Assembly: GCA_049288015.1 (NCBI GenBank)
Contig: JBAQGX010000003.1
Location: 138,034-202,033, forward strand
Length of the DNA: 64,000 nucleotides
Direction of reading: 5' to 3'
Source of the DNA: Candidatus Nanoarchaeia archaeon
GTDB taxonomy: Archaea > Nanobdellota > Nanobdellia > Pacearchaeales > GW2011-AR1
The notes under the pieces: generated by a model
What the model was told of the DNA's origin: nothing
The model's input: only the letters and a program-made list of their open reading frames with translations
Database searches by the model: none
Position numbers and translations under genes: made by a program
In this document: positions 47,374 through 55,797 of the stretch, in pieces
Layout of the letters: every line of letters starts with the position of its first letter
Position numbering within the stretch: the stretch's first letter is position 1

Positions 47374-49062
47374 ATGAGATACGAAAAACTTGCAGAACTT
47401 TATGATTCTTTGGGAGCCACTACAAAACGTTTAAAGAAAACCGAAATTCTTTCGGAGTTTCTGAAGAAATTAGATGAGCATGAAAAAGATATTTTATACC
47501 TTCTTTTGGGAAGAATTTATCCAGAATATGATCAAAGAGAAACTGGTATCAGCAGCCAGCTTGCAATAAAGGCAATTTCAAAAGCAACAGGAATAAATTC
47601 TGAAGAAATAGTAAAAGAGTGGAAGCGGATTGGAGATCTCGGAAAAGTTGCAGAATCTCTTGTAAAAATAAAAAAGCAATCTACATTGAATAAAAAAGAG
47701 CTTGAAACTAAAGATGTACTTGTAAATTTAAGGAAGCTTCCAGAATTAGAAGGCAAGGGAACCGTTGATAAAAAAATTTCTTTGATTACAGAATTGTTAA
47801 CTTCTGCTTCTCCAGTAGAGGCTCTTTATCTAACAAGGACGCTTATTGGGGATTTGAGAATAGGAATTCAAGAAAGCACAGTAAGGGATGCTATGGCTTG
47901 GGCATTTTTCAATAATGAGGAAGGAATATCTAAAGATATTCAGAATATGATTGATAGAACAAATGATATTGGTGCAGTTTTTGATATTGTAAAGAAAGGA
48001 AAAATAAAAGACCTAGGAGGATTGAATTTGGAAGTTGGAAAACCAGTAAAAGTAATGCTTGCTCAGAAGGCCAAGACAATAAAAGAGGGTTTTGAAAAAG
48101 TTGGAAAGCCCTGCGCTATTGAATACAAATATGATGGGTTTAGATTGCTTATTCACAAAAAAGATAACGATATAAAATTATACACAAGAAGACTTGAAAA
48201 TGTCTCGAAGCAGTTTCCCGAAGTCCTTGATTATCTTAAAAAATATGTAAAAGGAAATTCTTTTATCATAGATAGTGAAGCGATTGGATTTGATAAAAAA
48301 ACTAAAAAGTATAAACCATTTCAAGAAATCAGCCAAAGGATAAAAAGAAAATACGATATTGAAAAGCTTCAGGAAGAACTTCCTGTTGAAATTAATGTTT
48401 TTGACATACTTTATTACAATGGCAAGACACTTTTGCAAGAGCCATTTAGTGAGAGGACAGCTTTGTTGAGAAAAATTGTTCAAAATCAAAAGTATAAACT
48501 CAAGGTAGCTAATCAGATTATTACCGACGATGAAAAAAAAGCAGACCAATTCTTCAAACAAGCTCTTGCAGATAATCAAGAAGGAGTAATGATGAAAAAT
48601 CTTGATTCTATTTATCAGCCCGGAAGCAGAGTCGGATATATGCTTAAAGTGAAGCCCGAAGAAAGAGAGATGGATTTAGTAATTGTCGGAGCAGAATATG
48701 GTACAGGAAAGCGTTTTGGTTGGATGTCTAGTTTTATTTTGGCTTGCAAACATGGAGATGAATTTCTTGAGATAGGAAAAGTGGGTACAGGAATAAAAGA
48801 AAAATTAGGTGGAGAAGTTTCATTTGACGAACTTACAAAAATCTTAAAGCCCTTAATAAAAAGTGAACAGGGAAGGTATGTTGAAATAAAACCTAAAATT
48901 GTTGTGACTGTTATTTATCAGGAAATTCAAAAATCTAGTCATTATCAATCTGGATTTGCATTGCGATTTCCTAGGGTAACTGCTCTGCGTCCTGATAGAA
49001 ATACAGAAGATGTAGAAAATCTTGAGCAAGTAAAAAAAGATTACGAAAGTCAGGGAAAATAA
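47374..49062 (+). CDS. lig: ATP-dependent DNA ligase
   Basis: Adenylation motif I AIEYKYDGFR (KxDGxR), an OB-fold region and conserved C-terminal motif VI. 562 aa. Confidence 0.9.
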   Translation: MRYEKLAELYDSLGATTKRLKKTEILSEFLKKLDEHEKDILYLLLGRIYPEYDQRETGISSQLAIKAISKATGINSEEIVKEWKRIGDLGKVAESLVKIKKQSTLNKKELETKDVLVNLRKLPELEGKGTVDKKISLITELLTSASPVEALYLTRTLIGDLRIGIQESTVRDAMAWAFFNNEEGISKDIQNMIDRTNDIGAVFDIVKKGKIKDLGGLNLEVGKPVKVMLAQKAKTIKEGFEKVGKPCAIEYKYDGFRLLIHKKDNDIKLYTRRLENVSKQFPEVLDYLKKYVKGNSFIIDSEAIGFDKKTKKYKPFQEISQRIKRKYDIEKLQEELPVEINVFDILYYNGKTLLQEPFSERTALLRKIVQNQKYKLKVANQIITDDEKKADQFFKQALADNQEGVMMKNLDSIYQPGSRVGYMLKVKPEEREMDLVIVGAEYGTGKRFGWMSSFILACKHGDEFLEIGKVGTGIKEKLGGEVSFDELTKILKPLIKSEQGRYVEIKPKIVVTVIYQEIQKSSHYQSGFALRFPRVTALRPDRNTEDVENLEQVKKDYESQGK

Positions 49063-49090
49063 TATAAACTTAATTTCAATATAACTAAAC

Positions 49091-50410
49091 ATGAAAAAGG
49101 GTGACTTAAAATCATTTTTTGCATTATCAGCAATTGTTTTTATTTTATCAATATATTTTGTAAGTGCAACTTATACTCTTACAGTAAACTCCAACGAAAC
49201 CAATGGTTCTACATGGTACGCAGGAGGGGCGGTCAGGTTATTTAATTTTACAATAATTGCATCAAACCTAAATACTACAACTAACATTACGCAACTAAAT
49301 TTTTCTCTCCCAAATTCAACATTTGCTTCTCCTGTAACAAATGTAAATGCTACATCCCCCGCTCCTTGGACTTGCACAGTTCTGGGATCTACTTTGGTAA
49401 ATTGTATTGGTAACTCTTCAAATGGAAGTGCAGCATTCATGCTTAATTTAACCATTAAAGTTACTCTTCCATCATTAGGTACTCAGGCAAACCAGACTTG
49501 GAATATTTCTAGTTTAGATAATTATTCTGAACTTAATTGGAGCCTCTGGAATAGTGAAGTGGACAATGTACTTCCATATATAGCTTTTATTAAGCCAACT
49601 GATGGTTTGAATACAAGCACAATAAATTATTCTTACATCCAAGCAAATATAAGTTTAAATGATTCTGGATCTGGTATAAATACGAGTGCAACCGCTATAT
49701 ATCTATATAATTCAACAAATATTGTTGCCTATTCTCCTACGAACATAGGTTCGGGGTATTATTTTACAAATTTTACTGGCTTAAACAATGGAATTTATTA
49801 CTTAATTGCAAACGCAACGGACTTCGCCGGGAATGTAAACAAGACGGCCAATATAACAATAACAGTAAATACTACTACAATTCCCCCTTGTAGCCCGAAT
49901 TGGGGTTGTATAAATTGGGGTAATTGTGTAAATAACACTGAAACATGTACTAGTGTGAATGACTCAAATTCTTGTGGTGTTACATTTAATGGAACATATG
50001 CAACCCAAGCTTGTAGTTCAGCATGTACCTCTTATTGGAGTTGTAGTAGTTGGTCTCCCGCAGTTTGTACCAATGGCTCTCAAACAAGAACCTGTACAGA
50101 TTTGAATAATTGTAGTCAGGCACAGGTTCAAAATCAGACTTGTGTGTCTGGAGGTTCTTTGAATGTTACCCAGCAGCAGTCAGGGCAATTATCAGGAACT
50201 TCGTCCTCATCTTCTATAATTTTTTATAGTGTTATTGGGGTTATAATTGTAATTACTGTTGTAGTAATTGTAGTTTTAGTGAGACTAAAGAATAAATCTT
50301 CTACAGACTTTGTTGGAAACTCAAAGAATAGTAATTCAGGATATAAGCCATATTCTCCTCCCGGAGGATCTTCGGGAAATAGTCCTGGTTCTGGTTTTCA
50401 GACTTATTAA
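49091..50410 (+). CDS. Cell-surface glycoprotein-like protein with C-terminal TM anchor
   Basis: Signal peptide, dozens of N-x-S/T sequons, a Cys-rich module (CSPNWGCINWGNC...) and C-terminal TM (IGVIIVITVVVIVVLV). Confidence 0.5.
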   Translation: MKKGDLKSFFALSAIVFILSIYFVSATYTLTVNSNETNGSTWYAGGAVRLFNFTIIASNLNTTTNITQLNFSLPNSTFASPVTNVNATSPAPWTCTVLGSTLVNCIGNSSNGSAAFMLNLTIKVTLPSLGTQANQTWNISSLDNYSELNWSLWNSEVDNVLPYIAFIKPTDGLNTSTINYSYIQANISLNDSGSGINTSATAIYLYNSTNIVAYSPTNIGSGYYFTNFTGLNNGIYYLIANATDFAGNVNKTANITITVNTTTIPPCSPNWGCINWGNCVNNTETCTSVNDSNSCGVTFNGTYATQACSSACTSYWSCSSWSPAVCTNGSQTRTCTDLNNCSQAQVQNQTCVSGGSLNVTQQQSGQLSGTSSSSSIIFYSVIGVIIVITVVVIVVLVRLKNKSSTDFVGNSKNSNSGYKPYSPPGGSSGNSPGSGFQTY

Positions 50411-50444
50411 TTTTGTAGAGAAATAACTGTCCTCGTGGCTGCTT

Positions 50445-50460
50445 AAAAACCTTTATAAAT
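50445..50460 (+). promoter_or_regulatory. BRE/TATA promoter (AAAAAC CTTTATAAAT) for the TBP gene; the transcript is probably leaderless
   Basis: TTTATAAAT ends 21 nt before the TBP ATG, preceded by a purine-rich BRE-like hexamer. Confidence 0.45.
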
Positions 50461-50480
50461 GGATTTTATTTACTTAAGTA

Positions 50481-51050
50481 ATGCCTGAGAAATCTTCTAC
50501 AAAGAATTACAAAATTCAAAATATTGTTGCGACAACTTCTCTTGAGAAACCTGTTCCTTTGACAAAGTTGGCCAGAACACAGCCAAACACTGAATATAAT
50601 CCAGATACCTTTCCGGGTCTTGTTTTAAGAATAAAAGAGCCAAAATCTGCCGTTCTTGTTTTCTCATCTGGAAATCTTGTTTGTACCGGAACAAAATCAA
50701 TTGCTCAGGTAAGACAAGTTATAGATGCAGTAATAAAACAGCTTAAGAAAATTAATGTAAATGTTACAACGAAGCCAAAGATAACTGTTCAGAACATTGT
50801 GGCTTCAGGAACTATTGATCTTAAACTTAATCTTAACTTTTTAGCTTTGGAAATGGAAAACACAGAATATGAACCTGAGCAGTTCCCTGGATTAGTTTAC
50901 AAGTTAGCAGAGCCAAATGCTACCTTCTTGCTATTTACAAACGGAAAACTAGTTTGCACTGGAACTAAAAATAAGGAGCAATTAGAGGAAAGTATGGACC
51001 AATTACTAAAGAACATAAAGGCCGCATTGAAAAATTACGATAATAAATAA
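50481..51050 (+). CDS. tbp: TATA-box binding protein
   Basis: Two direct repeats. YKIQNIVATTSLEKPVPLTKLA...PGLVLRIKEPKSAVLVFSSGNLVCTG, and the second repeat repeats the motif. Confidence 0.9.
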   Translation: MPEKSSTKNYKIQNIVATTSLEKPVPLTKLARTQPNTEYNPDTFPGLVLRIKEPKSAVLVFSSGNLVCTGTKSIAQVRQVIDAVIKQLKKINVNVTTKPKITVQNIVASGTIDLKLNLNFLALEMENTEYEPEQFPGLVYKLAEPNATFLLFTNGKLVCTGTKNKEQLEESMDQLLKNIKAALKNYDNK

Positions 51051-51098
51051 GAAAATTTATCCCAACACTTTTAAAAATATCTCTTTGCTAATTCTGTT

Positions 51099-52073
51099 AT
51101 GAAACATAACTGGAAGATTACAATCCTTCTCTTGTCGATGTTTATCGTGACTCAACTTATTGGGTTGTATGTAATCAATTATTATTCTCCAGTTCAGGTT
51201 GTAAATCACATAGAACAGAATACAACTGCCCCTCCTCTTCCATTTGGACTTGAACCTCCAGCAGTTCCTCAACAAGCCAATTTTTGGGAAACTTATTTTC
51301 CATCAATAATATTTGCATTCATAATTGCGATTTCTTTATTTTTCATTTTGACTAAATTCAGAGCAGAGTTTGTGCTTAGAGCGTGGTTTTTCATTGTTAT
51401 TGTTATTGCTTTATCAGTAACTTTGATTTCTTTCTTCCCAAATTCTCTGGTCTTTATTATAGGTTCTCTTATAGTTTCAATTGTTCTTTCTTACTTTAAG
51501 ATATATCGACAGAATTTTCTTATTCATAATATAACAGAGCTATTCATTTATCCAGGAATAGCAGCCATTTTTGTTGCACTATTAAGCAGCCCAACAAGTC
51601 CAGATCAAGGAATATATGCTGCAATTATACTCTTGGTTCTAATTTCATTATACGATATGTGGGCTGTTTGGCACTCAGGAGTCATGCAGAAGATGGCAAA
51701 ATATCAGATAAACAATCTTAAAATCTTTGGGGGATTCTTTGTTCCATATATTTCAAAGAGACTGAGATTGAAACTTAAGAAACTTAATAAATCTGGTAAG
51801 AAGAACAAGAAACTAAAGGTGAATATTGCTCTTTTAGGTGGGGGGGACATATTTTATCCGATTGTTGTTGCAGGAGTTGTCTTAAGAAAGTTTGGATTTA
51901 TGACTATTATGGGATTGCAGGTTCCTCTCGCTTCTATTTTAATTATACTTGGGGCTACTTTAGGATTGGGATATCTGTTCTTGTTCTCTGAAAAAAAGAA
52001 GTTTTATCCTGCGATGCCGTTTATTTCAGCAGGAATTCTTGTTGCTCTCGGGATTTGTTACCTATTTTTGTAG
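51099..52073 (+). CDS. Polytopic membrane protein, possibly presenilin/SPP-like aspartyl intramembrane protease
   Basis: ~8 TM segments. A YD in a TM helix (ISLYDMWAVW) and a later LLGGGDIFYP resemble the YD...GxGD catalytic pair of A22 peptidases. Confidence 0.4.
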   Translation: MKHNWKITILLLSMFIVTQLIGLYVINYYSPVQVVNHIEQNTTAPPLPFGLEPPAVPQQANFWETYFPSIIFAFIIAISLFFILTKFRAEFVLRAWFFIVIVIALSVTLISFFPNSLVFIIGSLIVSIVLSYFKIYRQNFLIHNITELFIYPGIAAIFVALLSSPTSPDQGIYAAIILLVLISLYDMWAVWHSGVMQKMAKYQINNLKIFGGFFVPYISKRLRLKLKKLNKSGKKNKKLKVNIALLGGGDIFYPIVVAGVVLRKFGFMTIMGLQVPLASILIILGATLGLGYLFLFSEKKKFYPAMPFISAGILVALGICYLFL

Positions 52074-52184
52074 TTACTTTGGAAAAGTAACAGATAGAAA
52101 GGTTTATAAAAGAATTTTTAGTGATTTCGTTACTAGCTGAAGACAAATAATTGGGTTTGTTTAATCAGATAAATTTTAACAAAA

Positions 52185-52958
52185 ATGTTAGTAAAATCAG
52201 ATATAATGAATAGGATCAAAGACCACTTTGATTTGAATATATATGAAACTAAAGTTTGGCTAGCTTTGCTTTCAAAAGGAATTGCTTCTGCAGGAGATAT
52301 TGCAAAAATTTCCCGTGTTCCAAGAAGTAGAACATATGACGTTCTCGAAAATCTTGAAAAGAAAGGATTTGCAATAGAGAAGCTTGGAAAACCTATAATG
52401 TACATGGGTATAAAGCCAAAGGGAATTCTTGAGAGACTGAAAAATAATGTAAAAAGGGATGCAGATGAAAGAATAAATTTCCTGTCAAACATAAAAGAAA
52501 CTGAAGAGTTCTTGGCATTGGAAGAGCTATATAACAACGGAATTGAACCTGTTAAGAAAGAAGACATGCCTCTTTCATTAAAAGGAAAAGAAGCAGTATC
52601 AGGTTATGTTAAAGAGCTAATAGAAAGAGCAAAGAAAGAATTAATTATATGCAGTAACACTGAGGATATAAAGGCTAAGATTAAATTATTCAAGAAAATG
52701 GTAGATACTTTAAGAAGATCAAGTATTAATCTAAAGGTTGTTTTATCGGGGGACGAAAAAGATATAGATGAGTTAAGTAAAATATTAAATATAAAAATAA
52801 AAAAGATAGAATCAAATGTTAAGTTCTTTATAATTGATAAAAAGGAAGTTTTATTCTATTTATCAAAAGAAAACAACGAGGAAAGTGCAATCTTGATAAA
52901 TTCTGAATTCTTTACAAGAGCATTCTCAGACATTTTTGAAATGAGTCTGAAGCAATAA
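52185..52958 (+). CDS. TrmB-family transcriptional regulator
   Basis: N-terminal wHTH (YETKVWLALLSKGIASAGDIAKISRVPRSRTYDVLENLEKKG) and a TrmB-type C-terminal domain. Confidence 0.7.
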   Translation: MLVKSDIMNRIKDHFDLNIYETKVWLALLSKGIASAGDIAKISRVPRSRTYDVLENLEKKGFAIEKLGKPIMYMGIKPKGILERLKNNVKRDADERINFLSNIKETEEFLALEELYNNGIEPVKKEDMPLSLKGKEAVSGYVKELIERAKKELIICSNTEDIKAKIKLFKKMVDTLRRSSINLKVVLSGDEKDIDELSKILNIKIKKIESNVKFFIIDKKEVLFYLSKENNEESAILINSEFFTRAFSDIFEMSLKQ

Positions 52959-52960
52959 TT

Positions 52961-54250
52961 CTAACTAGAAGTCTGAAGATTTGTTATATACATATCTTCA
53001 ATAATTTTACTATTCTTCTTTCTCCAATTAGTCATAAAATCCTTTAAATTAAAGTTTATCTTATTTTTAGCATACAATCTTCTTGACTTTACAAAAGCAT
53101 TTTTATGTTTCTTTCTGAATTTTATTGCTTCTTCTTTTTTGCTCTCAGAAGGTCCATTAATTACTTCTATATCTCTTCTTTTCACAATGAAGAAATAATC
53201 CGCATCTTTTTTGTCTTTGTAGAAGAAACCTTTGTCCTTTATATCAAAATATTTATTTATCTGCGAACTTAAATGATTGTAAAATTTTAATAGCTTACTC
53301 CCAGCAACAGATCCTTCTTGCTTATCAGTTGATGCTTTTACAAGCAAAAAGTCATATCCCTTTTTCTTTGCAGATTTTTCTACTTCTATCAAATCTGTCT
53401 CCTTTGTCTTAAAGTAAGAAATATCTGGATTTTTTACAAATTTAATACACGTCTCCTTGAATTTTGCGAAAACTTCATTTGAAAGGGTTGCAAGCGCATT
53501 TCTCTGTTTGTAAGTTGGATCAACAAGAATTATAGGGGACTCCAGTTTTGAAGAGTTCATGTCTATCATAATTCTATTTTTACTTGGATAATATTTTTCA
53601 ATATCAATTATTATCTTATCTTCTTTTGATTTTGCAATCTCCGATACAAATTTCAAAAAGTTCTTGTAATAGTAAATTAACAGTTCTAGTGAATATCCAG
53701 AGAAACCCTTGATATGAGATTCAGCCCCATAAACATTATTAGCATGACAAAAAGATTTTGCAAGAATTATACTATCACACAATTTACCACTTGTTTTTTT
53801 ATTCATGTATTTTACATGATAATAAGATAAGTCTGTAATATTTTCTGCGTCTTTTGGATTTGTAACTTTCATTACAGGAACAATTTCAAAATATAGCCAA
53901 GGCTCTATATTTATTTGAAAATAGTCTCTTGAACCATGAACTCTATTTATCTGATTTTCTAGTTTCAGACTATTAAGAACTTTTAATGTCAATCCAGAGA
54001 TATCTTCTTTGATATATTTTTTGTCAAATCTTAAAAAAATATCAACGTCATATTTGTCTTTCTTTATTAAAGTCTTTTTTGCGAAACTTCCTCCAACAAA
54101 AACCTCTGCATTTATTCTAAGCAAGGATAATTTTTTTCTTAACTTGGCCAAGAATTCCTTAAGATATGAATCTATTTTCTTTATTTCTTCTTCTGAAGGC
54201 TTAGCTTCAAGAAGGGCCTCTTTTAAGATATTTTCAATTTCTTTCTTCAT
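52961..54250 (-). CDS. cca: CCA-adding enzyme (archaeal class I tRNA nucleotidyltransferase)
   Basis: Pol-beta NTase motif FVGGSFAKKTLIKKDKYDVDIF (GS...D.D), 429 aa, a size typical of archaeal CCA enzymes. Confidence 0.65.
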   Translation of the reverse strand: MKKEIENILKEALLEAKPSEEEIKKIDSYLKEFLAKLRKKLSLLRINAEVFVGGSFAKKTLIKKDKYDVDIFLRFDKKYIKEDISGLTLKVLNSLKLENQINRVHGSRDYFQINIEPWLYFEIVPVMKVTNPKDAENITDLSYYHVKYMNKKTSGKLCDSIILAKSFCHANNVYGAESHIKGFSGYSLELLIYYYKNFLKFVSEIAKSKEDKIIIDIEKYYPSKNRIMIDMNSSKLESPIILVDPTYKQRNALATLSNEVFAKFKETCIKFVKNPDISYFKTKETDLIEVEKSAKKKGYDFLLVKASTDKQEGSVAGSKLLKFYNHLSSQINKYFDIKDKGFFYKDKKDADYFFIVKRRDIEVINGPSESKKEEAIKFRKKHKNAFVKSRRLYAKNKINFNLKDFMTNWRKKNSKIIEDMYITNLQTSS

Positions 54251-54638
54251 TTTTCCTTATAGAAGGGGTAAGATCAATTATATACTTTCCTTCCTCTAAT
54301 TTATAGACTAAGGGTCCGTCTTTATTAAATACTTTTACAAGGTCTATTTCAAATTTACCCTCCCCTGTTGATCTTACTGACTCTATGTCAAGTATAACGG
54401 GTATATCTTCTTCAACTATCCCTGCAAGTTCTCTAATATCTCTCTCAATCTTTACCTTGTCTTCTTCCTTTATCTCAATTGGATTTTCTTTTATTTTCTT
54501 TACAAGTTCATCCTTTACATAAAAGAAGAAGTGCCCTCCACATTTTGCGCATCCATCTAGAAGGGCTTTGCTACCTGCAGGATAAAACTCTCCGCAATGA
54601 ACGCACTGGTGAGGCATAAAACTATTAAACGCAAACAC
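54234..54638 (-). CDS. Zinc-ribbon protein (DUF2072-like), first gene of a conserved archaeal triad
   Basis: CVHC...CAKC four-Cys ribbon near the N-terminus. Co-directional and tightly spaced with the next two genes. Confidence 0.45.
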   Translation of the reverse strand: MFAFNSFMPHQCVHCGEFYPAGSKALLDGCAKCGGHFFFYVKDELVKKIKENPIEIKEEDKVKIERDIRELAGIVEEDIPVILDIESVRSTGEGKFEIDLVKVFNKDGPLVYKLEEGKYIIDLTPSIRKNEERN

Positions 54639-54675
54639 TATTTAATATTTTCTGCAAAGAATTATAATATTTCAA

Positions 54676-55092
54676 TTATTTATTCAGTAATAATTCAATC
54701 TTCTTTGGATTTTTCTTTATCTCTTTTACAATTGTTGCAGGTCCTACAATCGTAATTGCGCTAAAATCTCCCCCCGCAAGGGCATTTGCAATACCTTTCG
54801 TAACTTTTCCAAAAAATCCATTCCTTTCACTTCCAGAAATAACTGCGAGCTCGATTCCTTTGAAAGATTTTACATGATCAATCATGGCCATAGTGTCCCC
54901 TATTAATCTTGCTTCTTCATTCGGGGTTAATTTTCCTTGAATAACTAATATATTATTTCCTAGAACTATTCCTAGGACTTTCTTTATCCTGTCATCACTG
55001 TTTAATCCCTTTATCTCTGAGTAAGGAAGAAACTGGATTGAAAATCCTTTTATGCTACCTAATTTCTTTCCATCCCCTCTTTTTTTGTCCAT
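54676..55092 (-). CDS. DUF2073-like protein
   Basis: 138 aa with a Gly-rich core (GNNILVIQG...GDFSAITIVGPA). Sits between the GTPase and the Zn-ribbon gene. Confidence 0.4.
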   Translation of the reverse strand: MDKKRGDGKKLGSIKGFSIQFLPYSEIKGLNSDDRIKKVLGIVLGNNILVIQGKLTPNEEARLIGDTMAMIDHVKSFKGIELAVISGSERNGFFGKVTKGIANALAGGDFSAITIVGPATIVKEIKKNPKKIELLLNK

Positions 55093-55100
55093 TTTTTATA

Positions 55101-55742
55101 TTAAACTTTTTTTGATAATTTAAATATTGACTCGTAAAATTCTTCTAAATTTTTACCATATTTTGCGCTTATTCCTATAACATCATACTCTGGGAAGGCC
55201 ATTTCTACTCTTTTTATATCAGCTTTTTTCATATCTATTTTATTCGCAAGAATCAAGACCGGAATCTTTCTTGCAGCCAAGTTCCCAACGATTGTTAGAT
55301 TAACCTGATTGTAAGGGTTTTCCGTAGCATCTAACACAATAACAACCATATCCATATCATCAAGCCACTTTATACTTTCGATTACACCTTGAGTCGCTTC
55401 TCTTGCTCTTTCTTTTGCTTCCTTCTTATTCATCTTATACTTTAGGAATTCTTCATAATCAATCTTCGTTGCAATTCCAGGAGTATCAACAAGCTTGAAG
55501 ACCATCTTCTTTCCCTTAAATTCTATTTCCACTTTTTCTTTAAACTGAACACTTCTAGTCTCGTGTGGAATCTTGCTAACGCTTCCAATCTCCTCACCGG
55601 TAAAATCTTTACAGATTCTATTTGCAAGACTCGTCTTCCCAGCATTTGGAGGTCCATAAAATCCTAATTTTATCTCCCTTTTGTTGTTAAAAATACCAGA
55701 GAAAATTCTTCTGAAGAAACTCTTGAATACTTTTACTGCCAT
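55101..55742 (-). CDS. Small GTP-binding protein (HSR1/Era-like)
   Basis: G1 GPPNAGKTS, G3 DTPG, G4 NKID. Confidence 0.7.
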   Translation of the reverse strand: MAVKVFKSFFRRIFSGIFNNKREIKLGFYGPPNAGKTSLANRICKDFTGEEIGSVSKIPHETRSVQFKEKVEIEFKGKKMVFKLVDTPGIATKIDYEEFLKYKMNKKEAKERAREATQGVIESIKWLDDMDMVVIVLDATENPYNQVNLTIVGNLAARKIPVLILANKIDMKKADIKRVEMAFPEYDVIGISAKYGKNLEEFYESIFKLSKKV

Positions 55743-55797
55743 GTTATAAAATCACCACTCTAATTTATAAATATTTATTTTTGACAATATGACTGAT

